A stretch of DNA of 64,000 bases from Candidatus Aminicenantes bacterium (GCA_017610325.1 JAFCCF010000002.1:8999-72998), one strand, 5' to 3'; positions 43,567 through 53,151 are shown, numbered from the stretch's first letter. Numbers and translations: made by a program. The notes: generated by a model from the letters alone, not told the origin.

Positions 43567-44906
43567 AATTTATGCTCTTCCTTCTCTGGTTCAACTGCAG
43601 TTGGTGCCTGGCCGCCGTGCCAGGTAAATCTGGGCCTCACGCGCATTGGATACATCTTCTCGTTTGTGTCGTCAAATATAATCGCAGCTCCCTTGACGCG
43701 CGGCAGGTTTTCAAGATGATACGGCAGTGATTCCCTCATATAACTCTGCATCAGGGCCCCGAGCGCATCAGTATCAACCTTTGCTGTGATACGGTGGCTT
43801 AATACTGTGTCTGCTTGGGTCATGACATCTGTGTGTATCTTTCCTGGCTGCTGTGATGCCAGAATAAGCGAAATTCCTGGCTGCCTTCCCTCTCTAAGGA
43901 TTGTGATTAAGGGGTCTGTTGCGGTTGTCTTGCTGTCCTTTGGAAGGAACTCATGTGCCTCGTCAATTATTAGCCAGACAAGCGGTGTCTTTGTGGTCTG
44001 GTTTTCCTCTCCTCCAAAATAACTTGTGCTCTTGCTTATATCCCCAAACTCCTCAAATTTTCTTGATATCATCCTTTCTATGAATAGCTTCTGAGATACA
44101 AGGCCAATCACCAATGCCTTAATCTTCCATCCGTCTGACATAGTGGCATAGCAGCTAAGGTCAAGCACTGTCACCTGCCCTCCTTTAATCAAGTCCTTTA
44201 TGGGGGTCCCCTCTTTACTAAACACGCCCCATGTCTCGCTGTTCTTGAACCTGTTTTCAACAGCGTCCTTAACTTGCTGTTCAGACCTGTCATCTTTTTG
44301 CACTTCTTTGATAATATCTACGATTGAGAACTTACCCTTCTCCTTTCTGAGCTTGTTAATTATTCTCTCAATCAGTACCCCAATTGGTTCATTTGGCGAC
44401 ACCTCAAATGTAAGACACCAATCAGATGCGTCAAGCTCACTTGGTACTATTGAAAAGGCAACATCAGTTGGGATACCCTTATCCTTATATTCCTTAAAAT
44501 AGCCAACAGGTGTGAAAATCTTAACATCCTGTGCCTTTGTCTTAAGGTTCCATTCCCTTAACAGTTCCTCATCTTTTTTGTTCTCATAGCGCATTGTCCA
44601 GTAAATTCCCATTGTGTCAAGAATAACGACTGCAACATTCTGTTTAGTTTCTTCATCAAGGTCAGCCATGCCTTCTGCAATCACACCAAGGGTATATGAT
44701 TTCCCGCCGCCGCGCTTTCCACACACAAACACAACATGGCTTCTTGCAACATCAAGAAATATCTTATTTGACAAGGAGGTTGTCCGCCCCATCTTTACAT
44801 AGTGCTTGCCAAGATACACCAGGCCGCGTTCTCCAAAACGCTTTTTGTCCTCCTCACTCCTGCCTATCACTATATCATACATATGTCTCTTTATTGGGAC
44901 AAACAC
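43563..44906 (-). CDS. HerA/FtsK-like P-loop ATPase (DUF87/COG0433 type)
   Basis: Walker A VFVCGKRGGGKSYTLG; Walker B LVWLIIDEAHEFLP; followed by LILASQQPGKIH. Confidence 0.75.
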   Translation of the reverse strand: MFVPIKRHMYDIVIGRSEEDKKRFGERGLVYLGKHYVKMGRTTSLSNKIFLDVARSHVVFVCGKRGGGKSYTLGVIAEGMADLDEETKQNVAVVILDTMGIYWTMRYENKKDEELLREWNLKTKAQDVKIFTPVGYFKEYKDKGIPTDVAFSIVPSELDASDWCLTFEVSPNEPIGVLIERIINKLRKEKGKFSIVDIIKEVQKDDRSEQQVKDAVENRFKNSETWGVFSKEGTPIKDLIKGGQVTVLDLSCYATMSDGWKIKALVIGLVSQKLFIERMISRKFEEFGDISKSTSYFGGEENQTTKTPLVWLIIDEAHEFLPKDSKTTATDPLITILREGRQPGISLILASQQPGKIHTDVMTQADTVLSHRITAKVDTDALGALMQSYMRESLPYHLENLPRVKGAAIIFDDTNEKMYPMRVRPRFTWHGGQAPTAVEPEKEEHKF

Positions 44907-45015
44907 TATAAATAATTATCGGAAGATGTGCATTATATGTAATAAAAAAGCCCCCAATTACTTTTATAATAGTTCATTCATCTTGATAAAACACAAGGAA
45001 GCTTTTTTGATTCAA

Positions 45016-45213
45016 TTATTTCTTTAAATCTTTAAATTTTACAGAATGTTGTTCTCCTGCACTCCCCCAATTATCTAATTCTGTTTCATGTATTATAACA
45101 GTAACTGCTTGAGCAGGTATTCCTATTTCTGTAAAAACTTCTGTTATTTTTTTAATTATAACTGGCTTTCTTTCTTTTTCTAAAGGCCATGATTCAATGT
45201 TTACAATTGGCAT
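45016..45213 (-). CDS. 4-oxalocrotonate tautomerase-family protein
   Basis: MPIVNIESWP...KPVIIKKITEVFTEIGIPAQAVTVIIHETELDNWGSAGE. Has the Pro-1 signature after Met, so the start is placed at 45213. Confidence 0.7.
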   Translation of the reverse strand: MPIVNIESWPLEKERKPVIIKKITEVFTEIGIPAQAVTVIIHETELDNWGSAGEQHSVKFKDLKK

Positions 45214-45380
45214 ACCAATCACCTCATTTTAGAAGATTATCCAATCCTTTAATAAATTTCCCTTCTAGGAGTTTAACAATGATAATAGGCAATTAAGAAA
45301 ACAGCTTTAAACCGTAACATTTATTAATCTTTAATTTATCCAATGAGTTGAAACTATTCCAAAATGATAAATTGGTGAGA

Positions 45381-46736
45381 ATGGCAAAGAAAAAAGCAAA
45401 GAAAAAAAAGAAAAATTCAACTGGTAGAAAGATACTTTACATAATTCTAGTTGTAATCCTACTCATTATTGTTAGCAAATACCTCCCACAAGAAGGCGGG
45501 CAGGTTGCTGTATTGGTTAATGGCGAGCCAATCTACCTAAGCGAGGTTGAAGATACCTATTCTAAGCTAGAGGCTGCTGAGAGATTATATGTGACCAAGG
45601 ACATGCTAATCGGGCTCTTGGTTGATAACAAGTTGCTATTACAGAAGGCAGAGGAATCTGGCTTTAAGGTTACAGACAATGAAGTTGATTTAATGGTCGA
45701 TGCTTATAAGGGATATCTTCCAGAGGGGCAGTTTGAGGAACAGGTTATGTCTGATCAAAATAAGTTCAACAAATTCAAGGAAGATGTTAAGGAGAACCTG
45801 ATTGTCCAGAAATATTTAAAAAGTAAAATTCCAGAAGTTGAGGTCTTACCTGAGGAAGTACTGGCTTTCCTGGAACAGTATAAGAGCAGACTCAGCGGCG
45901 ACATGGTCAAGGCATCCCATATATTGGTTGAAACAATGGAAATAGCTGAGGAAGTTCTTAGCCAGCTGAAAGATGGCGCTGATTTTGCAGAACTTGCAAT
46001 GGAATATTCATTGGATCCTGGCTCAGGTGCAGCTGGCGGCGACCTTGGGTGGTTTGGTAGGGGTATTATGGTTCCTGAATTTGAGGAAGCAGCATTCAGT
46101 CTTGAACCTGGTGAAATATCCGAGCCTGTTGAGAGCTCGTTTGGCTTCCATATCATCAAACTTTTTAACAAAACCAGCATCACAATGCCAAATATTACGC
46201 AGGTTAGACCATTGATAGAATCCTCGCTCTTTAATGTTAAGTTGCAGACCAATACTGACAGGTTCACGGAGCTTCTCAATCAAATAAAGAATGAGAGCAT
46301 AATTGAAATTATTGTAACCTTTGCTGAGACAACTACAACTACTGAAGCAGCAACTTCTACAACAAAATTAGAAACCCTAGTAACTGAACAGCAGACAACC
46401 ACCACTAAAGAGGCTACCACTACAACCTTAAATAATGAGGCTGTTTTCAAGAATAGTTGCCTTGCTGATTATGATATCTATCAGGATATGGTATTCTATT
46501 TCTCTGAGGATAATGAGCGAAGCATGAGCATGTTTGAACTGGTAGAAGGCTTGAATGGCGGTTCAAAGGTATATTTCCTTGAAAAGGAGAGCGATAAAAT
46601 TAGTGTTTTGGATGAGTGCTTTCCAGAGCTGAACAAACAGATTTTGCCTCAGCTGGTCTGTATCAGCTCAGAAGAAATCAAGCTAGGAGAACTTAGCGAA
46701 GAAGAGCTGGCTGATTTTGCAGAATCTTGTTCTTAA
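45381..46736 (+). CDS. membrane-anchored parvulin-type peptidyl-prolyl isomerase (PrsA/SurA-like) with Thr-rich linker and unknown C-terminal domain
   Basis: ASHILVET...DGADFAELAMEYSLDPGSGAAGGDLGWFGRGIMVPEFEEAAF...SSFGFHIIKL. ATG 45381 follows GGTGA. A TTTTTEAATSTT linker is present. Confidence 0.8.
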   Translation: MAKKKAKKKKKNSTGRKILYIILVVILLIIVSKYLPQEGGQVAVLVNGEPIYLSEVEDTYSKLEAAERLYVTKDMLIGLLVDNKLLLQKAEESGFKVTDNEVDLMVDAYKGYLPEGQFEEQVMSDQNKFNKFKEDVKENLIVQKYLKSKIPEVEVLPEEVLAFLEQYKSRLSGDMVKASHILVETMEIAEEVLSQLKDGADFAELAMEYSLDPGSGAAGGDLGWFGRGIMVPEFEEAAFSLEPGEISEPVESSFGFHIIKLFNKTSITMPNITQVRPLIESSLFNVKLQTNTDRFTELLNQIKNESIIEIIVTFAETTTTTEAATSTTKLETLVTEQQTTTTKEATTTTLNNEAVFKNSCLADYDIYQDMVFYFSEDNERSMSMFELVEGLNGGSKVYFLEKESDKISVLDECFPELNKQILPQLVCISSEEIKLGELSEEELADFAESCS

Positions 46737-46786
46737 AAAAGAGAAATAAAAAAGAAACACGAAAAGAGCAAAGCTCTTTTGTGTCA

Positions 46787-48034
46787 TTAAAGGTCATTAA
46801 TTGTAATAATATTTATTCTAGTCTGATTGTTCTTGACCTTTGTCTCCATTGCCACAAGGTGTTTCACACTAACCCTTTCTGCAATAAGCACAAGGTTCTT
46901 GTCAATAACCCCGTCAAACACAATGGCGTAGATTCCCGAGCTTAAGCTTTTTACTGTTGTTGCGAGCTCGCTGAATGGTACCTTACCCAGAATGTTCATT
47001 TTATCATCCAGGATATAGGCACCCCTTGTTCCGACCAGGTCCTCAAGCATCTCTTTGAAGCGCTTCTTTTCATCTGCGCTTAGCTTTGGTGGTGCTGATT
47101 GTGTTGTTTCCCTTCTTACTGGCCTGTCCCTATCTTGACTGACTGGCCTTCTTGGCCTGTCGTCGGTTCGTTCACGAGACACAGGTCTCCTTCCATTCTT
47201 AGCACCAATCTCAAGCTTCACCTGTTCAGCTGCAATACGGTTTCTGAGGGCTTTGTGTATCTCTTTCTTTGTTATCTCTTCAACTTCCATTCCATCAGGT
47301 GCTTTTGTGATGTAATCAACCTCTGCAACAAGATTAAGTTCTTTGATTATCAGATCTCCTCCCCTGTCGCCGTCAACAAATGCAGTCATGATTTTCCTCT
47401 TGCTAAGCTCCTTGATAGTCTCTGGAACCGAAGTTCCGTTCATTGCAATTACATTCTTTATACTATGTTTAAGAAGATTCAGCACATCTGCTCTTCCTTC
47501 AACAACAATTATCTCGTCACTTTCATCAATTGTAGGTCCTGCTGGCAGCCTGTCCTTGCCATACTCCTGTATTTCCATAATTCTTACAGAATATGCAACC
47601 TCATCTGCAATTTCTTGGGAGTCTGGCATAACATTATCCATGAGGTTCTTGAGCAGTTCCTTTGCCCTTTCTATGACAAATTTTCTCTTTGAAATCCTGA
47701 CATCCTCTATCCTTGAGACCTTAATTTTTGCATTACATGGTCCAATTCTTTGGATAATCTCCATAGCAGCTCCAACTATTGAGGTTTCTGCCTTATCAAG
47801 TGAGGAAGGTATTATGATTGAACCCCTAGTCTTACCCCCTCTGGTGTCAACATTAACCTCAATCCTGCCAATTCTTCCTGATCTCTGCAGTTCTCTAAGC
47901 TCTAAATCAGGACCTAAAAGGCCTTCAGTCTGCCCGAAAATTGCTCCAATTACATCTGGTTTGTCCACAACACCCTCTATCTCGATTGTAGAGTGAACTA
48001 TGTACTTTGCTGAAACTGGGCTTATTTTTCCCAT
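46787..48034 (-). CDS. dnaG: archaeal DnaG (TOPRIM) primase/exosome-associated protein
   Basis: KYIVHSTIEIEGVVDKPDVIGAIFGQTEGLLG..LELRELQRSGRIGRIEV. TOPRIM block is IIVVEGRADVLNLL...FVDGDRGGDLI. GGAGGT lies 7 nt upstream. Confidence 0.9.
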   Translation of the reverse strand: MGKISPVSAKYIVHSTIEIEGVVDKPDVIGAIFGQTEGLLGPDLELRELQRSGRIGRIEVNVDTRGGKTRGSIIIPSSLDKAETSIVGAAMEIIQRIGPCNAKIKVSRIEDVRISKRKFVIERAKELLKNLMDNVMPDSQEIADEVAYSVRIMEIQEYGKDRLPAGPTIDESDEIIVVEGRADVLNLLKHSIKNVIAMNGTSVPETIKELSKRKIMTAFVDGDRGGDLIIKELNLVAEVDYITKAPDGMEVEEITKKEIHKALRNRIAAEQVKLEIGAKNGRRPVSRERTDDRPRRPVSQDRDRPVRRETTQSAPPKLSADEKKRFKEMLEDLVGTRGAYILDDKMNILGKVPFSELATTVKSLSSGIYAIVFDGVIDKNLVLIAERVSVKHLVAMETKVKNNQTRINIITINDL

Positions 48035-48290
48035 TTTTACTACCTCCGGTTACCGGTAGAAGGAGTATTCCAATCTATATCTTTCCTGTTTCCTAAAAAT
48101 ACAATCTATTAGTGAAATTATGATTGTAATCTCCTTCTCCTTCCTAAGAACAAGTATTAACCCTATGTTTATCGCGATTCAAAAACGTGAATAAACTCTT
48201 TTTTGACCATTTTAAGCGAATTTAACGATGATTATGATTGTTTTAGGTTAAATACTTGTTCTTTTTCCTTTTTATGACAATTAAAGGGTT

Positions 48291-48366
48291 TGTCGCCCGA
48301 AACACTAACTCCCAAGCTCATAGCTTGCATTTAGCGTCAGCTCCATTGAGTACTCTCGTGTCGGGC
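48291..48366 (-). ncRNA. candidate small structured RNA (H/ACA-like hairpin geometry; speculative)
   Basis: A GC-rich island. Minus strand GCCCGACAC...GTGTTTCGGGC closes a ~55-nt internal region containing the hairpin CAAGC-TATGA-GCTTG. The closing stem is followed by G-ACA. No covariation evidence is available. Confidence 0.2.
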
Positions 48367-48537
48367 TGTATTGCATAAGAGTGTCTCAAATTCACCGCCA
48401 AATAGCATGTATTCAGCTCATAAAAGGACCCATTTATGCAATATCGAATGTATTTTTTAAGATGTTTCAGACATTTAAATACCTTTGTTTTTGGAATATG
48501 TCACCACCAGTCAATAATTATGGGTGTGTATCTCTAA

Positions 48538-48551
48538 GAAATATTTATAAA
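48538..48551 (+). promoter_or_regulatory. TATA box for the RIO kinase gene
   Basis: aaatatttataaac is centred about 30 nt upstream of ATG 48574. Confidence 0.5.
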
Positions 48552-48573
48552 CACAGTAGTTTATCTTATTCTT

Positions 48574-49272
48574 ATGGGTAAGATTACGCGCGAGAAGTAC
48601 AAAACATATGAGAATGTGTTTGATGAGTTTACTTACAGGAATCTTCACAAGCTGATAACCCAGGGATATTTTGAGGGCCTTATTGGTCAAATTGAACTTG
48701 GCAAAGAAGCTAATGTGTTCACAGCTCAGACTAAAGATGGTGGTTTGGTTATTGTCAAAATCTACCGCTTAGAAACATGTGATTTTGGCAAGATGTATTC
48801 TTACATTAAGCCAGATCCAAGATATAACAACATCAAGAAAAATAAGCGCGCAATTATTTTTTCATGGGCGCAAAGAGAATACCGCAACCTGCTCAAGGCA
48901 AGGGAAGGTGGTGTTTCTGTTCCAAAGCCAATCAACTGCCTGCATAATATCCTTGTGATGGAGTTTATTGGCGAAAACAGCGCAGCTCCTATGGTCAAGG
49001 ACCATCATCCAAAGAACCCAAAAAAATTCTTTGACGCTGTTCTTGACAACATGAAAAAGCTCAATAAAGCTAAGCTTGTGCATGCTGATTTATCATGCTT
49101 CAACATCCTGAACCATAACGAGAAGCCAGTGTTTATTGATTTTTCACAGTCCACACCAACAGAGAACCCACATGCACAAGAATTCCTGCAGCGCGACGTA
49201 AAAAACATCGCTAATTTCTTCAACAAGATTGGATTAAAGGTTGATAAAGAGAAGATTATTCAAAAACTATAA
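48574..49272 (+). CDS. rio1: RIO-type serine/threonine protein kinase
   Basis: GKEANVFTA...VIVKIYR, REYRNLLKA, LVHADLSCFNIL, FIDFSQS. Confidence 0.85.
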   Translation: MGKITREKYKTYENVFDEFTYRNLHKLITQGYFEGLIGQIELGKEANVFTAQTKDGGLVIVKIYRLETCDFGKMYSYIKPDPRYNNIKKNKRAIIFSWAQREYRNLLKAREGGVSVPKPINCLHNILVMEFIGENSAAPMVKDHHPKNPKKFFDAVLDNMKKLNKAKLVHADLSCFNILNHNEKPVFIDFSQSTPTENPHAQEFLQRDVKNIANFFNKIGLKVDKEKIIQKL

Positions 49273-49298
49273 AAACCCCTGTTTGTTCTCTGATTGTT

Positions 49299-49847
49299 AT
49301 GGAAGCTACTGAATACTCATACGGCCTAAAGATACCTAAGAGCCGCATAGCTATGCTTATAGGCAAGAAAGGCGAAATAAAGAGAGAGCTTGAAAGAGAA
49401 ACAAAGTGTAAGATGGAGATAGACAGCAAAGAAGGTGATGTTACTGTGTCTGGCTCTGATGCAGTTAACCTGCTCTGCTTAAGAGAGATTATCAAGGCTG
49501 TTAGCCGCGGCTTTAATCCAGAGATTGCAAGACTTCTCCTAAAACAGGACTATGTATTTGAGCAGATTAACATAAATGATTTTGTCAAACATAGAAATCA
49601 TATGATCAGATTAAAGTCTAGGGTGATTGGCAGCGAGGGCAAGGCAAGAAAAACAATAGAAGAGCTGACTGAGACCTATATCTGCGTGTTTGGTAAGACA
49701 ATCAGTATCATTGGGTTTGGAGAACATGTGGCGTTGGCAAAGCGTGCAATAGAATCTCTGCTCAAAGGCAGCCCTCATGCTTCAGTTTACAAAGCCCTCG
49801 AGCGAAAGCGTATCCAATTGAAGAGAGCTGAATTCTTACAAAAATAA
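49299..49847 (+). CDS. double-KH-domain RNA-binding protein (Dim2/Pno1-like)
   Basis: IGKKGEIKRELERETKCKMEI and VIGSEGKARKTIEELTETYICVFG (two GxxG KH motifs). Adjacent to the RIO kinase, as is typical in archaea. Confidence 0.8.
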   Translation: MEATEYSYGLKIPKSRIAMLIGKKGEIKRELERETKCKMEIDSKEGDVTVSGSDAVNLLCLREIIKAVSRGFNPEIARLLLKQDYVFEQININDFVKHRNHMIRLKSRVIGSEGKARKTIEELTETYICVFGKTISIIGFGEHVALAKRAIESLLKGSPHASVYKALERKRIQLKRAEFLQK

Positions 49848-49872
49848 AAGCTTATAGAATCAATATGTTTCT

Positions 49873-49906
49873 GAGGTTCTGAAATTCTTAATTTCAGAAA
49901 CCTTTA
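49873..49906 (+). repeat. 34-bp conserved palindromic element, copy 1
   Basis: gaggttctgaaat-tctta-atttcagaaaccttta. The arms are identical to copy 2 at 58817-58850; only the 5-nt loop differs. Lies 26 nt after a stop codon. Confidence 0.85.
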
Positions 49907-49949
49907 TTAACCAGTGTCCTGGTTGTTTATTTTGTGGTTTTAATATAAC

Positions 49950-51632
49950 ATGGCAGGAACAAAAGCAGATGAGCTTGCAAAAAAGCAAAGAGAGATTGGA
50001 GTAGCTGAGTTTTTTGCTAGAAACCGCCATCTTCTTGGGTTTGACAATAAAAGAAAGGCGCTAATGACCACAATAAAGGAAGCTGTTGATAATTCCCTGG
50101 ATGCCTGCGATGAATCAGACATACTGCCTGAAATCAAGGTAGAGGTTATTGACATGGGCAATGACAGGTTCAGGGTTATTATTGAGGACAATGGACCAGG
50201 TATTGTGAAAAAGCAAATTCCAAACATATTTGCAAAGCTTCTCTACGGCTCTAAGTTCCACACACTCAAAATGAGCCGCGGGCAGCAGGGAATCGGAATC
50301 TCTGCATCTGTGATGTATGCCCAGCTCACAACAGGCAGGCCTGCAAAAATCAAGTCAAAGATTGATCCTGCAAGACCTGCGCATTACTATGAGCTGCATA
50401 TTAACACAAAGACAAACCAGCCAGAGATACTCAAAGAAGAACCTATTGAATGGTTGAAAGAGACTGGTACAAGGGTTGAGCTTGATATTGAGGCATCATA
50501 CCAGAAAGGAAACCAATCGATTGACTCTTATCTTAAGCAGACCGCAATTGTAAACCCCCATGCAACAATCATATACACAAATCCAAAGGCTGAGCAGATT
50601 ATATTTGCAAGGGCAACTGATAAGCTGCCTGCAAACCCAAAGGAAATCAAGCCGCATCCATATGGTGTTGAGCTTGGTGTGATGATGAAGCTTCTGAAAT
50701 ACACCGAGTATCGGACACTGCAGGCGTTCCTGATGAATGAGTTCTCGAGGGTTGGTTCAGGGGCTGCAAAACAGATATGCGAGAATGCAAAGCTGTTGCC
50801 AAATACCAAGCCAAAGAAAATGAACCAGGAGATGATTGAGCACCTGATGATGGGCATAAAACAGACAAGAATAATGACCCCACCAACTGATTGCGTTGTG
50901 CCTATTGGAGAACAAGAGCTGGAGAAAGGCCTCAAAAAAGAGGTTAATGCAGAATTTTATGCTTCAGTAACAAGGCCGCCAGCTGTGTACAGGGGCAACC
51001 CGTTCATAATTGAGGCTGCAATTGCATATGGTGGTGACCAGCCAAAGGACCAGTTAATCAGGCTTATGAGATTTGCAAACAAGGTGCCGTTGTTGTTCCA
51101 GCAGGGCGCATGTGGTGTAACAAGATCTGTTTCGAAAACAAGCTGGAGAGCATATGGTCTGAGCCAGAGCAATGGCACATTGCCAGTGGGTCCATGTACA
51201 CTTATTGTACATATCGCTTCTGTATGGGTGCCTTATACATCTGAGAGCAAGGAAGCAGTTGCGCAGTATCCTGAGATTCTCAAAGAGATGCGCCTGGCGC
51301 TCCAGGAGGTTGGCAGGAAGCTTGGCAGTTATGTTAATAAGAAAAAAAGGGTTGGGTTCGAGCTTCAGAAAAGAAGCTATATTGAGAAATATATTCCGCA
51401 TGTTGCTGAAGCACTTAAGGAATTATTAAAGCTTAACAAGGCAGATGAGATGGAGATTGAAAAGAAGTTAAGAGATGTGTTGGAGAAGCACCGCGGAAAG
51501 ATTGAAAAGGTTGATTTTGATCCAACAAAGAATGTTGAGTTTGATGAGGAATTTGCAAAGATAGGCAAGCAGGAAAAGCAAAAAACACTAACTGAGGAAG
51601 TTGATGATGAAAAAACCAATAAGTCAGCTTAA
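49950..51632 (+). CDS. top6B: DNA topoisomerase VI subunit B
   Basis: Bergerat ATPase fold: EAVDNSLDAC, EDNGPGI, GSKFH...SRGQQGIGISA. Confidence 0.92.
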   Translation: MAGTKADELAKKQREIGVAEFFARNRHLLGFDNKRKALMTTIKEAVDNSLDACDESDILPEIKVEVIDMGNDRFRVIIEDNGPGIVKKQIPNIFAKLLYGSKFHTLKMSRGQQGIGISASVMYAQLTTGRPAKIKSKIDPARPAHYYELHINTKTNQPEILKEEPIEWLKETGTRVELDIEASYQKGNQSIDSYLKQTAIVNPHATIIYTNPKAEQIIFARATDKLPANPKEIKPHPYGVELGVMMKLLKYTEYRTLQAFLMNEFSRVGSGAAKQICENAKLLPNTKPKKMNQEMIEHLMMGIKQTRIMTPPTDCVVPIGEQELEKGLKKEVNAEFYASVTRPPAVYRGNPFIIEAAIAYGGDQPKDQLIRLMRFANKVPLLFQQGACGVTRSVSKTSWRAYGLSQSNGTLPVGPCTLIVHIASVWVPYTSESKEAVAQYPEILKEMRLALQEVGRKLGSYVNKKKRVGFELQKRSYIEKYIPHVAEALKELLKLNKADEMEIEKKLRDVLEKHRGKIEKVDFDPTKNVEFDEEFAKIGKQEKQKTLTEEVDDEKTNKSA

Positions 51633-52689
51633 GGAAATAGCAGAGGGGGTCTTTAAGACAATCCTTAAAAAGAAGCAGCCTAAGCTGGAAATGCCATTAA
51701 GATCCTTGAATAATGTTTCTTATGACCCCAAGCTAGGCTATTTTGAATTAATTGGCAAAATGAAGGAGCGTACATTGACTGCTTCAACTATCAAAACATT
51801 CGCCCAGACACTTAAAATGATGGGCTTAAGCAAGCAGCTGATTGAGACAAATGACATTGCAACAAAGAGAGAGGCATATTATGTATCCAAGAACTGGGGA
51901 GATTCCCGCTTTAGTGAGCAGTCTGAATCTGATAATGTAATGGATGATGTTGAGGCAATGATGATGCTGAATCGGGAGCAGATTGGTTTTATTCCTGAGG
52001 AAAAAGGGGGGGATGTTGCTGGAAAGTTAACTGTGGTTGACCGTGATTCTGACACTGGAAAAGAGCTTAGGATTGACTGTACCAAGTTTGGCTCTGGCGC
52101 ATATTCGGTTCCAATCTCTGTGGAACATCTTAAATTCAAGACAGATGCAAAATTTATACTTGCAATTGAGACAGCTGGTATGTTCCAGCGCCTTGTGAAG
52201 CACAATTACTGGAAAAAAGCTAACTGCATCTTAATCTCTATGGGCGGTGTGCCAACAAGAGCACTGAGAAGGTTTATCAGAAGATTAAGTGATGAACTGA
52301 AGATACCTTCATATGCTTTTGTGGATTCTGATTTCTACGGCTATTTTAATATCTATAGGACCTTGAAAGTAGGTTCTGGAAATGCAGCGCACATTAACAA
52401 ATATTTTTCTGTCCCAAATGTAAGATTCCTTGGAGTTACTCCTCAAGATATAATTGATTACAAGCTTCCAACGCATCCTATGAAAGAAGTTGATATTAAG
52501 CGAGGTAAAGATGCTTTGAAAAATGATCCTTTTGTACATCATCATAAAGAATGGCAAAAAGCAATCAATTTACAGCTTAAAATGAAGGTTCGTGCAGAGC
52601 AACAAGCCTTAGCTGCCTGGGGTTTAAATTTTGTTATGGAAGAATATCTGCCTGCAAAACTTAAGAATCCAAAGTCCTGGTTGCCATAA
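51604..52689 (+). CDS. top6A: DNA topoisomerase VI subunit A (Spo11 family)
   Basis: REAYYVSKNWG (catalytic Tyr region). TOPRIM block is FILAIETAGMFQRL...ILISMGGVPTRA...AFVDSDFYG. Overlaps top6B by ~30 nt. Confidence 0.9.
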   Translation: MMKKPISQLKEIAEGVFKTILKKKQPKLEMPLRSLNNVSYDPKLGYFELIGKMKERTLTASTIKTFAQTLKMMGLSKQLIETNDIATKREAYYVSKNWGDSRFSEQSESDNVMDDVEAMMMLNREQIGFIPEEKGGDVAGKLTVVDRDSDTGKELRIDCTKFGSGAYSVPISVEHLKFKTDAKFILAIETAGMFQRLVKHNYWKKANCILISMGGVPTRALRRFIRRLSDELKIPSYAFVDSDFYGYFNIYRTLKVGSGNAAHINKYFSVPNVRFLGVTPQDIIDYKLPTHPMKEVDIKRGKDALKNDPFVHHHKEWQKAINLQLKMKVRAEQQALAAWGLNFVMEEYLPAKLKNPKSWLP

Positions 52690-52758
52690 TCTCTAAGCAT
52701 TGCTTATTCTATATCCACTACCCACTGGACATACTCAGAAATAATACACATTTCTGGT

Positions 52759-52785
52759 ATCCCAGGAATCTTTGATTCCCGGGAT
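52759..52785. terminator. hairpin between convergent top6A and cupin genes
   Basis: atcccaggaatc-ttt-gattcccgggat, 12-nt arms with one mismatch. Confidence 0.35.
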
Positions 52786-52821
52786 GTGCGCGTGAGATAT
52801 ATAAATCTGTAAAACCCCTCG

Positions 52822-53151
52822 TTACTCTAAGAAAAAATCTCCTTTTTGAAAATTAATCTTAAAAACAATCATCTTAAATTCCCTGTCATTTTCGTTTCTA
52901 AATCCATGACTTTCATTTTTATCTACATAAATTATATCGCCTGGATTTACTTCAAATTTGTTGTTATTGATTATCATAATTGCAGAGTTCTCTGTTATGT
53001 AAAAAATTTCATCAGTAAACTCGTGGCAATGGCATGGAACTTTTCCTTCTGGAACAACAATAACATCTTCAATAAGATTAATTTTCTTTTTTAAATCTTC
53101 AATTAGGATTCTTTTTTGATAGCTTTTTCCCTTAACATCAAGAACAAGTAT
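52822..53151 (-). CDS. cupin-domain protein lacking a canonical start codon (5' end uncertain; possibly a pseudogene)
   Basis: Minus-strand frame is open from 53214 to TAA at 52824-52822. It encodes ...VVPEGKVPCHCHEFTDEIFYITENSAIMIINNNKFEVNPGDIIYVDKNESHGFRN (cupin motifs HxH...E and GD...H). The only ATG/GTG/TTG lies inside the barrel (52 aa left), which is why it is absent from the ORF track. Confidence 0.5.
   Translation of the reverse strand: MLVLDVKGKSYQKRILIEDLKKKINLIEDVIVVPEGKVPCHCHEFTDEIFYITENSAIMIINNNKFEVNPGDIIYVDKNESHGFRNENDREFKMIVFKINFQKGDFFLE

Noticed and set aside
47099-47996. 197-aa and 217-aa plus-strand ORFs
   Set aside because: They are antisense to dnaG and have Ser/Leu/Ile-rich shadow-ORF composition.
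48311-48330. Anticodon-loop-like CTCATAG (CAU) hairpin suggesting a tRNA-Met/Ile
   Set aside because: No acceptor stem, D arm or T arm (no TTCRA loop) can be placed at tRNA distances on either strand.
48381-48581. 66-aa plus-strand ORF in the dnaG/RIO spacer
   Set aside because: It has no motifs and overlaps the RIO-kinase TATA box and start. It is probably spurious, though the spacer itself is flagged as a finding.
52846-53094. 82-aa plus-strand ORF
   Set aside because: It is antisense to the cupin-encoding frame, which has clear cupin motifs.
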